The notes: generated by a model from the letters alone, not told the origin. Counted from the stretch's first letter, positions 28,611 to 38,087 are shown. The stretch is 64,000 nucleotides of DNA from a bacterium (GCA_036004445.1 DASYRL010000067.1:1499-65498); one strand, 5' to 3'. Made by a program: numbers and translations.

Positions 28611-29493
28611 TGGCGATTCTGGATCGAAGCCCGAAGCCCGATGCCCGAGGCCCGTCGGTCTCGAATGGTCGGCGCCGCGTCACCAACTCGGCGATGGCGG
28701 CCGTGACGTTCCTGTGCACGCTCGCCGTGCTGACCCCGTTGTTCCTCATCTTGGGATTTCTGCTGCGCACCGGGGTGGGCGCGCTCAACCTGGACTTCTT
28801 CACGCATCTGCCCGGCGCAGCCGGCGAGCCGGGGGGTGGGATGGCGAACGCGATCGCGGGAACGATCATGCTGCTCGGCCTCGCGGGGCTGGTGGGAATC
28901 CCGCTGGGCGTGCTGGGTGGCGTGTTCCTGGCCGAGTATCCCGGCAGCCGCCTCGGAGATGTGGCCCGCTTGACCGCCGACGTGCTGAACGGGATGCCGA
29001 GCATCGTGATGGGGTTGTTTGCCTACGTCCTGATCGTGCTGCCGCTGCGCCACTTCAGCGCGCTGGCCGGGGGCGTAGCGCTTGGCGTGATGTTGATCCC
29101 GACCGTGGTCCGCACGACGGAAGAGATCGTGCGGCTGGTGCCGCAGAGCATCCGCGAAGCCTCGCTCGCGCTGGGCATCCCGGTGTGGAAGACCACGCTG
29201 CGGGTGGTGGTGCCGACGGCCTCGGCCGGCATCGTCACCGGCATCATGGTCGGCCTGGCGCGTATTGCCGGGGAAACCGCGCCGCTGCTATTCACGGCAT
29301 TTGGGAACCGCTTCTGGAACTGGAACGTGTTGAAGCCGGTCGCGGCGCTGCCGCTGCAGATCTTCGCGTATGCGATCTCGCCGTTTGACGACTGGCACCG
29401 CCAGGCCTGGGCCGGAGCGCTCGTGCTGGTGGGACTGGTGCTGGTGGTCAACGTCGCCGCGCGGTTTGCCGCGGGACGCCAGGTGAAGCTGCG

Positions 29494-29497
<4 letters not shown>
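28610..29497 (+). CDS. pstA: phosphate ABC transporter permease PstA
   Basis: ORF 27977..29497 trimmed to ATG 28610 (TGATG overlap with pstC). [16 protein letters not shown] loop. Confidence 0.9.
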
Positions 29498-30351
<854 letters not shown>

Positions 30352-30356
30352 AGATC

Positions 30357-30385
30357 GGGAACAGGGAACGGGGAACGGGGAACGG
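30357..30385 (+). repeat. tandem heptamer GGGAACN x4 filling the pstB-phoU spacer
   Basis: GGGAACA GGGAACG GGGAACG GGGAACG G, followed directly by ATG 30386. Confidence 0.85.
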
Positions 30386-31060
30386 ATGAGCCACAGCACA
30401 ATGCATCCCAGGGAGTCGTTCGAGCAGGCGCTGCGCGGCCTGGAAGACGATATCGTCCGGATGGGCACCATGGCCGGGGCGCTCATCCACCGGGCCATTG
30501 AGGCCCTGCAGGCGCGTGATGCGGGAGAAGCCGACGCCGTGATCGCCGATGACACCCGCGTCGACGCGCTCCATCTGGAAATCGAGCAGCGGGTCATCGC
30601 TCTGCTGGCGACCCAGCAACCGATGGCTCGCGACCTCCGCGAGCTGACCAGCACCATGGCGATCTCGATCGACCTGGAACGGATGGCCGACCATGCCGAG
30701 GGGATCGGCAAGGCGATCAAGCGGCTGATCAAGGAGCCCCCGCTGAAACCGGTGGTAGACATTCCCCGTATCGAACAGATCGTGCAGGGGATGCTCCAAG
30801 ACGCCCTCGACGCCTTCGTGCGCCGCGACGTGGCGCTCGCCGAGTCGCTCGCGGCGAAGGACGACATGGTCGATGACCTCCGATCGCAGGTGTTTCGGGA
30901 ACTCCTCGCCGACATGGTCAAGGATCCGCAGACCACCAGCCGGGCGTTGGAATTGATCCTCGTCGCCCAGCACCTCGAGCGGGCCGCCGACCACATCACC
31001 AACGTCGCCGAGCGGGTGATCTACCTCGTGACCGGAGAGATGCGCGAGCTCAACGTCTAG
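30386..31060 (+). CDS. phoU: phosphate signaling complex protein PhoU
   Basis: 224 aa. Two PhoU repeats, each with an (E/D)xxxD-type motif (DLERMADHA, HLERAADHI). Confidence 0.9.
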   Translation: MSHSTMHPRESFEQALRGLEDDIVRMGTMAGALIHRAIEALQARDAGEADAVIADDTRVDALHLEIEQRVIALLATQQPMARDLRELTSTMAISIDLERMADHAEGIGKAIKRLIKEPPLKPVVDIPRIEQIVQGMLQDALDAFVRRDVALAESLAAKDDMVDDLRSQVFRELLADMVKDPQTTSRALELILVAQHLERAADHITNVAERVIYLVTGEMRELNV

Positions 31061-31449
31061 TCCGGGAGCCGTCGCACGAGATCGGCGACACGGATCCGCA
31101 GATCGTCCCGGATCCCGCGGACAAACTTCAGATCCCGCCCGACGGGATCCGGCAGCGGCCAGTGCTCGTTGGGGACGCCCGGGACGACCGGGCAGGCCTC
31201 CTCGGCGCACAACCCGATGACCAGCGCCACCTCGGGGGTCAGCGCCTCGTCGAGCGATTTTGGATACTGCCCCTGCAGGTCAAAGCGCAATTCCCGCATG
31301 ACCTCATAGGTCTGCGGCATGATCTGAGTTGCCGGCGCCGTCCCCGCGGAACCTGCGCGCCACCCGGGCGGAGCCAGCGCATTGAAGAAGGCCTCCGCCA
31401 TCTGGGAGCGCATGCTGTTCCCGCGTCAGACGAATAAGACGCGTTGCAT
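31057..31449 (-). CDS. arsC: thioredoxin-coupled arsenate reductase (LMW-PTP fold), candidate selenoprotein (in-frame TGA at 31426-31428)
   Basis: ORF 31057..31413 extends upstream in frame: MQRVLFV-U-RGNSMRSQMAEAFF... The P-loop CX5R has U at the nucleophile position. The ArsC Cys82/Cys89 equivalents (GLCAEEACP) are present. GAGGAGG lies 5 nt before ATG 31449. Confidence 0.7.
31404..31422 (-). promoter_or_regulatory. weak candidate SECIS hairpin
   Basis: RNA GGGAACAGCAUGCGCUCCC: a GGGA/UCCC base with imperfect inner pairs, starting 3 nt after the UGA. Much less convincing than the other three. Confidence 0.25.
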
Positions 31450-31462
31450 AGCCGCCTCCTCG

Positions 31463-31530
31463 GTACCAGGTACTTTCCCCGGGGAATCAAGTACCTGGTA
31501 CGTATTTGGCCGACAACTCGTACCTGGTAC
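31463..31530. repeat. three copies of the near-palindromic 11-mer GTACC(A/T)GGTAC spaced 28-29 bp
   Basis: GTACCAGGTAC 31463-31473, GTACCTGGTAC 31491-31501, GTACCTGGTAC 31520-31530. A CCCCGGGG palindrome lies between copies 1 and 2. Confidence 0.8.
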
Positions 31531-31536
31531 CAGTTC

Positions 31537-32787
31537 CTACTGTGTTCCGCCGCGAGAGCGCTGGTAGGCCAACAGCAGAGGCCCGAGCACCAGCGCCAGG
31601 ACATACCCGTAGGGGACGAGTCCGGCGATCAGCCCGATGAGGAGGGCAACGCGCAGCTGGTACCGTGGCTCCTCCAGCCGGCCGACCAGGGACATCAGCC
31701 CTAGCGCTTCAAAGAGCAGGAGCACCCCGAGCATCGGCAATGGAAAGACGTGGATGATCCGGTCGAACCCGCCGCTGAAGAACGCCCCCAGGAACAGGTA
31801 CAGCAGGCCGTAGATGACGACCGATCCGCCCGTGCGGGCGCCGAAGGTGTAGTGACCGACGAACCCACCCGAGCCGTGACAGGTAGGGATTCCCCCAAAC
31901 CATGGATTCACCAGGTTCATCAGCGCGTACGTCCCGCCGATCTTCCGCAGCCCTGGCGCGCGATCCGGAAAGAAATCCCGTGCAACCTGTTGCGTGGCGA
32001 GGATCGAGTTCCCCAACGACAAGGGAATCTGCGGCAGCGCCAGGATCACGAGGCCGCTGAGGACGTCGGCGGTGACCGGGATGCGAAACGCCGGCAGTCG
32101 GAAGCCGATGCTCGCGGCCACCCCGGCGGTGTCGAGGGTAAACGCAAAGGCGTACGCCACGCCCAGCGCAATCACGAACAGGGCGGCAGGGAAGCGACGG
32201 TTGCCCAGCAGCAGGATGACGATCAGGAACGCCGCCGCCGCCAGCACGTAGCCCGGAAGTCCTTCCGCGGGGACGTACTCGCGAAGCGCCAGCGAGGCCA
32301 GCTGCAGGCCAAGGCCGAACTGGATGCCGCGGATGACGGTCGTCGGGATCACGCGTGCCAGCCACGCCAACAATCCAGTGACGGTGAGGACCAGCATCAG
32401 GATGCCGACTGCCAGTCCACCACCAAACAGCACGCCTGCGGCGAGTTTCTGGCTGATCACGATCGCAGCCATGGCCTTGAGGGGTTGAACGGGCATCGGC
32501 ATTCGGTACATCAGGCCCGTACCAACCTGCATCAGGCCGAACATGATCAACACGCTCGCGCTGTCCAGACCGGCGGCCAGGATCAGGCCAACGATCAGCG
32601 GAAGATCGGTCCCGATGTCGCCGAACGCACCGGCCAGTTCATTGCGGTCGAACCGAATGGGCGGGCGATCGGCGGTATGAGATGACGCCGAGTGGCCGGT
32701 ATCGCGGTCACGCACGCTGAGCCTAGTTCGGTCAAGGCCGTGCTCCTCCTCGTCGGCTCCGCACCCCCGCCTGACGCCAATCCGCAC
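31537..32787 (-). CDS. MOT1/SulP-related putative sulfate/molybdate transporter
   Basis: 416 aa. ELAGAFGDIGTDLPLIVGL and PMPVQPLKAMAA motifs of the MFS_MOT1-type family. Multi-TM. The start is uncertain. Confidence 0.65.
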   Translation of the reverse strand: MRIGVRRGCGADEEEHGLDRTRLSVRDRDTGHSASSHTADRPPIRFDRNELAGAFGDIGTDLPLIVGLILAAGLDSASVLIMFGLMQVGTGLMYRMPMPVQPLKAMAAIVISQKLAAGVLFGGGLAVGILMLVLTVTGLLAWLARVIPTTVIRGIQFGLGLQLASLALREYVPAEGLPGYVLAAAAFLIVILLLGNRRFPAALFVIALGVAYAFAFTLDTAGVAASIGFRLPAFRIPVTADVLSGLVILALPQIPLSLGNSILATQQVARDFFPDRAPGLRKIGGTYALMNLVNPWFGGIPTCHGSGGFVGHYTFGARTGGSVVIYGLLYLFLGAFFSGGFDRIIHVFPLPMLGVLLLFEALGLMSLVGRLEEPRYQLRVALLIGLIAGLVPYGYVLALVLGPLLLAYQRSRGGTQ

Positions 32788-32974
32788 GGGCAGGACCTAC
32801 GAATTGACTGGCGAAGGCACCCGAAACCATTCCGAAACCATTCGGCACTCACGAGAGGAGAACAGCGATGCGTCTTCTCGTGCTGGGACTGCTGATCGCG
32901 CTGGTCGGACTGCAGGTCCTCCCCGCGGGGCGAGCCACCCCCTGTGACGGTCGTCTGTCTCGGCGTCAAGCAAG

Positions 32975-33310
32975 ATGACTGAATCGGCGTACGGAGCCAC
33001 CCTCCGGGGCATGAGTTTGGCGATTGCCTTGGTCGCTCTGCTGACGGTTCCCGCCCTGGCCTCTCACACCGTCAGAACCACCATCGAAATCCAAATGGGC
33101 GAGGTCTTCGATCTGCTGCGCGGTGCGGGTGAATTGGTGGACGTCTCGGCGAGTCCGCCGGGCATCCTGGAGATCCTTCCGGGAGGAAAGATCAAGGTGG
33201 AGGCCGAGTGCACGCGCCCCGGCAAGACGGTCGTCACGCTCAGATACGGTGAAGGCGGCGCGGTCCACACCGCGATCATTGCCGTGACCTGTGTGCAGCC
33301 GGAGCGATAG
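32975..33310 (+). CDS. small secreted hypothetical protein
   Basis: 111 aa. Signal-peptide-like MSLAIALVALLTVPALA from internal ATG 33011. Preceded by a 36-codon signal-peptide-like ORF (32868..32978) with ATGA overlap. No family recognised. Confidence 0.4.
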   Translation: MTESAYGATLRGMSLAIALVALLTVPALASHTVRTTIEIQMGEVFDLLRGAGELVDVSASPPGILEILPGGKIKVEAECTRPGKTVVTLRYGEGGAVHTAIIAVTCVQPER

Positions 33311-33350
33311 TTTCCCCTACGTGTTAGGATAGAAGCGACAACTACAGACG

Positions 33351-33487
33351 ACCTTCGGGGCAGGGTGCGCCCGTTCGACGTAGCTCAGGGCAATTCCCGA
33401 CCGGCGGTACAGCCCGCTACCCGCCGATTGCGGCGGTGGATCCGGTGTGATTCCGGGGCCGACGGTATAGTCCGGATGGGAGAAGGT
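33351..33487 (+). promoter_or_regulatory. FMN riboswitch (RFN element) aptamer
   Basis: P1 ACCTTC (33351-56) / GAAGGT (33482-87). Conserved CTTCGGGGCAGGGTG, ATTCCCGACCGGCGGTA, AGCCCG, GGTGGAT, GCCGACGGTATAGTCCGGATGGGAGAAGG blocks. Upstream of ribU. Confidence 0.85.
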
Positions 33488-33497
33488 CAAACTTCAC

Positions 33498-33527
33498 GGG
33501 ACTAGGGGACCCGGGACTAGGGGACCC
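33498..33527 (+). repeat. tandem 15-mer GGGACTAGGGGACCC x2 inside the riboswitch expression platform
   Basis: Two perfect copies, at 33498-33512 and 33513-33527. Confidence 0.85.
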
Positions 33528-33581
33528 GAGACCGGATGCGTGTTTCTGCCCCGAAGTCGACTTACGAGGTGAGGGGCAGAA

Positions 33582-34130
33582 ATGAGACGGCTCACGCAGG
33601 TTGCACTGCTTGGCGCGGTCGCCTTTGCGTTCATGTACTTCGAATTTCCACTGCCGGGGTTTCCGCCGTACCTGAAGTACGACCCGAGTGAAGTTCCCGC
33701 CCTGATCGCGGCGTTTGCCCTTGGCCCCGCATACGGAGTAGCGGTGGAAGCCATCAAGGCCGTGCTGATCGGCGTGTTCCGCTCGGCCCCCTTGGGCGGG
33801 CCATTTGGGATCTTCATGAATTTTCTCGCCGGCGTCACCCTTGCCGGCGTGGCCGGAGCGTACTATCTGTTCGAGCGCACGAAAGCCGGCGCGATCAAAT
33901 CCCTGATCATCGGCGTGCTGGCGATGTCCGGCGTCATGATCGTCGCCAACATCGCATTGACGCCGGTCTTCTTTGGCATACCGCGCCCGCAGGTCATCGC
34001 CCTGGTCCTCCCGGCACTCCTGCCGTTTAATCTGCTCAAGGGCGCCATCAGTTCTGTGGCGACCTTCTTCGTCTACAAGCGGGTGCGGGCGTATCTCTAC
34101 GAGCGTATTACGGATAGAGCCGCGTGGTGA
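33582..34130 (+). CDS. ribU: ECF transporter S component, riboflavin transporter RibU-like
   Basis: 182 aa. FEFPLPGFPPYLKYDPSEVPALIAAFALGP motif. Directly downstream of the FMN riboswitch. Confidence 0.8.
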   Translation: MRRLTQVALLGAVAFAFMYFEFPLPGFPPYLKYDPSEVPALIAAFALGPAYGVAVEAIKAVLIGVFRSAPLGGPFGIFMNFLAGVTLAGVAGAYYLFERTKAGAIKSLIIGVLAMSGVMIVANIALTPVFFGIPRPQVIALVLPALLPFNLLKGAISSVATFFVYKRVRAYLYERITDRAAW

Positions 34131-35707
34131 AGGGTACACTCTTCACCGCTGACCGGATCTATACGCTGGACCCCAGCCCATCGGTTGTCGAGGCGCTGGC
34201 CGTCTTAGGCGGCAGCGTCGTGGCCAGAGGGCGCGCTACAGATCTCAGCAACGAGTTTTCCGGCTTTGACCGGGTCGATTTCGGCGCCCGCACGATCCTC
34301 CCGGGATTCGTCGACAGCCATATCCATCTCGCATCGCTAGGTATCGCGCTGCGCCGCGTCGAGCTGCGTGAGGCCGCATCGTTGGCCGACGCCGTCGCGC
34401 GGGTCGCCGTGGCGGCGGGCCGGACCCGGCGGGAGGACTGGATTCTCGGCCGCGGGTGGGACAAGAACCTCTGGCCGGAGGGCCGGTTCCCCACGAAGTT
34501 CGATCTCGACGCGGCCGTTGCCGACGCCCCCGTCGCGCTGACCAGCAAAGACGGCCATCTGCTCTGGGTCAATTCCGCCGCGCTGGCGCTCGCCGGCGTT
34601 GATGCGCAGACCGCCGACCCTCCGGGCGGCGTTATCGACCGCAGCGCTTCGGGGGAGCCCAGCGGTCTGCTGAAAGAAGAAGCGCGAGACCTGATCACCC
34701 GGGTCATTCCGCCCTCCGGTCCGCTGGACGTCGAAGACGGCATCCGCAACGCTGTCGCGTTGCTCCACTCCTACGGCATCGTCGGCGTGCACGACTTCGA
34801 AGGACCTGAAGTGTTTGCCGCGTTTCAGCGCCTGGCCGCCCGCGGGGAGCTGCGGCTGCGGGTCTGGAATGCGATTCCCGAATCCGGCCTGCCCGCCGCG
34901 ATCGAGTCCGGTCTGCGGTCCGGGTTCGGGAACGACTGGCTTCGCGTCGGGCCGGTCAAGATCTTCTCCGACGGCACGCTGGGGTCGCAGACCGCCAACA
35001 TGCTTGCGCCGTTCGAAGGGCAGCCGCAGAACCAGGGAGTCGCCATCCGCTCGCGGGACGAATTGGTCGAGCTGGTCGGGCGCGCGGTGGCCGGCGGGTT
35101 CTGGTGCGCGATCCACGCGATCGGCGACCGCGCCAACCGATGGGTGCTCGACGCCTACGAACAGCACGCCGCGTCGTCGGCGCAGCTGGGCGCCCGCCAT
35201 CGCATCGAGCACGTGCAGGTCCTGGATCCTACCGACCTGACGCGTCTGGCGCGGCTGGGGGTGATCGCGTCGATGCAGCCGATCCACGCGACCGCCGATC
35301 GCGACGTCGCCGACCGCTACTGGGGCGCGCGCAGCCGCTACGCCTACGCGTGGCGGACGCTGCTGGACGCGGGCACCCATCTGGTCTTCGGCTCAGACGC
35401 GCCGGTGGAGACCGCGAACGTGATCGAAGGACTATACGCGGCGTCTGCCCGGCGGCGCCCCGGGCAGACGGACGCCTGGTATCCGGAGGAGGCCCTCACC
35501 GCTGCCGACGCGGTGCGCGCGTACACGACCGGCGCCGCCTACGCGTCGGGCGCGGAGCATCGGGGCGGGACGCTGGCGGTCGGAAAATGGGCGGACTTCG
35601 TCGTGCTCGATCGGGATCCACTGACGGTTCCGGCGGACGAACTGCTGCAGACCCGTGTGGCGACGACCGTCATCGGCGGCGAGTCCGTCTATGACGCTGG
35701 GGTATAA
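34124..35707 (+). CDS. amidohydrolase family protein (Amidohydro_3, YtcJ-like)
   Basis: 527 aa. PGFVDSHIHL, HAIGDRAN, IEHVQ, GSDAPVE metal-ligand blocks. Confidence 0.85.
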   Translation: MVKGTLFTADRIYTLDPSPSVVEALAVLGGSVVARGRATDLSNEFSGFDRVDFGARTILPGFVDSHIHLASLGIALRRVELREAASLADAVARVAVAAGRTRREDWILGRGWDKNLWPEGRFPTKFDLDAAVADAPVALTSKDGHLLWVNSAALALAGVDAQTADPPGGVIDRSASGEPSGLLKEEARDLITRVIPPSGPLDVEDGIRNAVALLHSYGIVGVHDFEGPEVFAAFQRLAARGELRLRVWNAIPESGLPAAIESGLRSGFGNDWLRVGPVKIFSDGTLGSQTANMLAPFEGQPQNQGVAIRSRDELVELVGRAVAGGFWCAIHAIGDRANRWVLDAYEQHAASSAQLGARHRIEHVQVLDPTDLTRLARLGVIASMQPIHATADRDVADRYWGARSRYAYAWRTLLDAGTHLVFGSDAPVETANVIEGLYAASARRRPGQTDAWYPEEALTAADAVRAYTTGAAYASGAEHRGGTLAVGKWADFVVLDRDPLTVPADELLQTRVATTVIGGESVYDAGV

Positions 35708-35748
35708 TGAACGTTGGTATCCCCCACACGCGTGAAGGAGGCGAGAAG

Positions 35749-36363
35749 ATGGCATACCCGAAGTACGAGGCCAAGAAGTTTCCCGCGTTCGACATGGAGC
35801 TGGCTGGAATTTCCAAGAAGACGATGGAGGAGCACTACAAGCTCTACCAGGGCTACGTCAACAAAGCCAACGAGATCCACGAGAAGCTCGGCATGGTGGA
35901 TCGGGATCCCGCCAAGGCCAATCCGACCTACTCGGATATCCGCGAACTGAAAGTTGAGCTCACGCGCGCCGTGGGCGGCGTGAAGAACCACGAGTTGTAC
36001 TTCACCTTGATCGGCGGCAAAGGGGGCGCGCCCTCGGGCAAACTGGCCGACCTGATCGTCCGCGATTTCGGCTCGGTCGAGGACTGGCAGAAAGACCTCA
36101 AGGCCACCGGGATCGCCGCGCGGGGCTGGGCCTGGACCGCGTACGACTGGGACACCGAGCGGCTGTTCAACTACATCGGTGATGAGCAGAACACCTTCCC
36201 GATCTGGGGTGCGTCACTGCTCGTCGCGTTGGACTGCTTCGAGCACGCGTATTGGGCCGACTTCTACACCGGCAAGGCTGCGTATATCGACACCTTCTTC
36301 AAGCTGCTTGATTGGAAGTACGTGGAGAAATTCGCGGAGTCCATCGGTATGTTCCGTTCCTAA
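35749..36363 (+). CDS. Fe/Mn superoxide dismutase family protein
   Basis: ORF 35707..36363 trimmed to ATG 35749 (GAAGGAGG upstream). EEHYKLYQGYV and LDCFEHAYWADF align with the SOD metal-ligand regions. Confidence 0.75.
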   Translation: MAYPKYEAKKFPAFDMELAGISKKTMEEHYKLYQGYVNKANEIHEKLGMVDRDPAKANPTYSDIRELKVELTRAVGGVKNHELYFTLIGGKGGAPSGKLADLIVRDFGSVEDWQKDLKATGIAARGWAWTAYDWDTERLFNYIGDEQNTFPIWGASLLVALDCFEHAYWADFYTGKAAYIDTFFKLLDWKYVEKFAESIGMFRS

Positions 36364-36398
36364 ACCAGTAACGGATCCGACTCGTCCTACAGGCGGGC

Positions 36399-37001
36399 AT
36401 GGACGCAGAAGACCGGGCATTAGTCGAGGCATTCAAAGGCGGCGAAGAGAGCGCCTTCACGGCCCTCGTGATCAAATATCGCGAGGCGGTGTACCGCATT
36501 GCCCGCCGCATGCTGCGCAGCCACGAGGATGCGTCGGACGTGACACAGGAAGTCTTCATCCGTGTGCACCGGTCGCTGGCCCGATTCGAAGCGCGTTCCA
36601 GCCTGAAGACGTGGCTGTACCGGATCACGATGAACCTGTCCCTCGACCGCTCCGCCCGCGGGTCGCGGTTCGTCCTGTCGGGGCTCCGTGAGCTGGAATG
36701 GGAGCCGTCATCGGAGCAAGATCCGGGCGCGACGGCGGTCGACAAGGAATTGGGCCGCGTCATCCGCTCCGCTGTGGATGACCTTCCTCCCCGGCAACGG
36801 GCGATGATGCAGCTGCGGCTGTACCAGGATCTGCCCTACGCCGAGATTGCGCGGATCATGGGATGCGCGGAAGGCACCGTCAAGGCGACGATGTTTGCGG
36901 GGATGGCGAAGCTGCGGAAGGCGCTGACGCCTTACGTGCGCGAGACCGCGGAAACGCGGAAACACGGAAACGCGGAAACGCGGCGATCCAACCTGCCATG
37001 A
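36399..37001 (+). CDS. ECF (RpoE-like) sigma-70 family factor
   Basis: 200 aa. Region 2 (DVTQEVFIRVHRSL, WLYRITMN) and region 4 (YAEIARIMGCAEGTVKATM). The tail ETAETRKHGNAETRRSNLP is encoded by a tandem repeat. Confidence 0.85.
   Translation: MDAEDRALVEAFKGGEESAFTALVIKYREAVYRIARRMLRSHEDASDVTQEVFIRVHRSLARFEARSSLKTWLYRITMNLSLDRSARGSRFVLSGLRELEWEPSSEQDPGATAVDKELGRVIRSAVDDLPPRQRAMMQLRLYQDLPYAEIARIMGCAEGTVKATMFAGMAKLRKALTPYVRETAETRKHGNAETRRSNLP
36948..36983 (+). repeat. tandem octamer GCGGAAAC x4.5 at the sigma factor 3' end
   Basis: GCGGAAAC GCGGAAAC ACGGAAAC GCGGAAAC GCGG. Ends 14 nt before the anti-sigma ATG 36998. Confidence 0.85.
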
Positions 37002-37498
37002 ACTGCATGGATGCGCGGGAATTGATGCTCGACGCGATGACGACGCAGGCGCCGCCGGACGTGCGGCGCGTGCTGCTCGCCCATCTCGACGACTGTGCAG
37101 ACTGCCGGACCGAGGCCGCGCAGTTCGAGCACGTGGTCGGGCTGCTGCGCGCGCTGCCGGATCCGGGGCCGCCTCCCGGGTACTGGGTTGAGTTCATGAC
37201 GACCCTCGAGCGGCGGATCGGCGAGGATGGGTCGGTCTGGGGCCGGGTGGTCCAGTGGCTGCGAATGCCGCGCATGTCTTGGACCGCCGCCGTGGCCACG
37301 GCCGTGATCGCCGTCGTCATCGCCCTGACGTTTACGGTGCTGTCACCTCAGAACGCGGCGGCGCCCACGCCCATCACGGGCCTCGTGACCGAATCGGTGC
37401 GGCAGGCCGCGCCGGGTGTGCAGGCGACGCTGACGTTGTGGAATAGCGGATTGACCGGGGTCGAAGTCCCCTACGACTTCAGGCCGGGAGGCAGGTAG
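36998..37498 (+). CDS. anti-sigma factor (zf-HC2 type), single TM
   Basis: ORF 36863..37498 trimmed to ATG 36998 (ATGA overlap). LAHLDDCADCRTEA zinc motif and TM WTAAVATAVIAVVIALTF. Confidence 0.7.
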   Translation: MNCMDARELMLDAMTTQAPPDVRRVLLAHLDDCADCRTEAAQFEHVVGLLRALPDPGPPPGYWVEFMTTLERRIGEDGSVWGRVVQWLRMPRMSWTAAVATAVIAVVIALTFTVLSPQNAAAPTPITGLVTESVRQAAPGVQATLTLWNSGLTGVEVPYDFRPGGR

Positions 37499-37536
37499 GC
37501 TTGCCGTGCACCCGAGCGACGCGAGTGGTGGACGGC

Positions 37537-38028
37537 ATGCCGTGGCGCCGGCCACTGCTCGCGTTGGTGGCCGCCGTCCTCGTCCTGGCAATCCCGGCCG
37601 CCGGCCAGGCTCCTTACCGCGATCCCCGCGCGGAGCGGATCATCGAAGCCCTGATGATCTGGCGGCTGGTAGATGAAGTCAACCTCACCGAATTCCAGAT
37701 CGGACGGATCTTCCCGCGGCTGAAGGCCCTCAAGGAAATCCGCTTCGAAATCGCACGCCGGCGCGCCCAGATCCGGAACGAGTTGAACGCGCTGCTGGTC
37801 CAGCAGCCGCGCAACGACGACTTGATCCGCGCCAAGATCGACGAGCTCGACCAGTTCCGCCGCGAGATCGAACTGCGCCGGCAGCGGATCATCCAGGAGA
37901 TCAACAACGTGCTGACGATCAGCCAGCGCGCGAAGTTTGCCCTGATCCAGGAAACGTTCGAAGCGGAGACGCTGCGGCTGCTGGAAGAAGTGCGCCGGTT
38001 GGTGGAGGAGCAGCAGAGGAGGCAGTGA
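37537..38028 (+). CDS. periplasmic Spy/CpxP-like (LTxxQ) protein
   Basis: Signal peptide MPWRRPLLALVAAVLVLAIPAAG. LTEFQ and LTISQ motifs. Helical, charged C-terminus. Confidence 0.65.
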   Translation: MPWRRPLLALVAAVLVLAIPAAGQAPYRDPRAERIIEALMIWRLVDEVNLTEFQIGRIFPRLKALKEIRFEIARRRAQIRNELNALLVQQPRNDDLIRAKIDELDQFRREIELRRQRIIQEINNVLTISQRAKFALIQETFEAETLRLLEEVRRLVEEQQRRQ

Positions 38029-38031
38029 TTT

Positions 38032-38087
38032 GTGACTCGTGACTGGTGACTGGCCAGAACCGAGTCGAGTCACGAGTCACGAGTCAC
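38032..38087. terminator. long hairpin built from inverted GAGTCAC heptamer repeats between convergent genes
   Basis: GTGACTC GTGACTG GTGACTG (38032-52), loop, then GAGTC GAGTCAC GAGTCAC GAGTCAC (38062-87). The arms are largely complementary. Confidence 0.6.

Noticed and set aside
35703-35708. TATAAT hexamer just upstream of the SOD gene as a promoter -10.
   Set aside because: There is no acceptable -35 at 16-18 bp, and the hexamer overlaps the amidohydrolase stop codon. The evidence is too weak to annotate.
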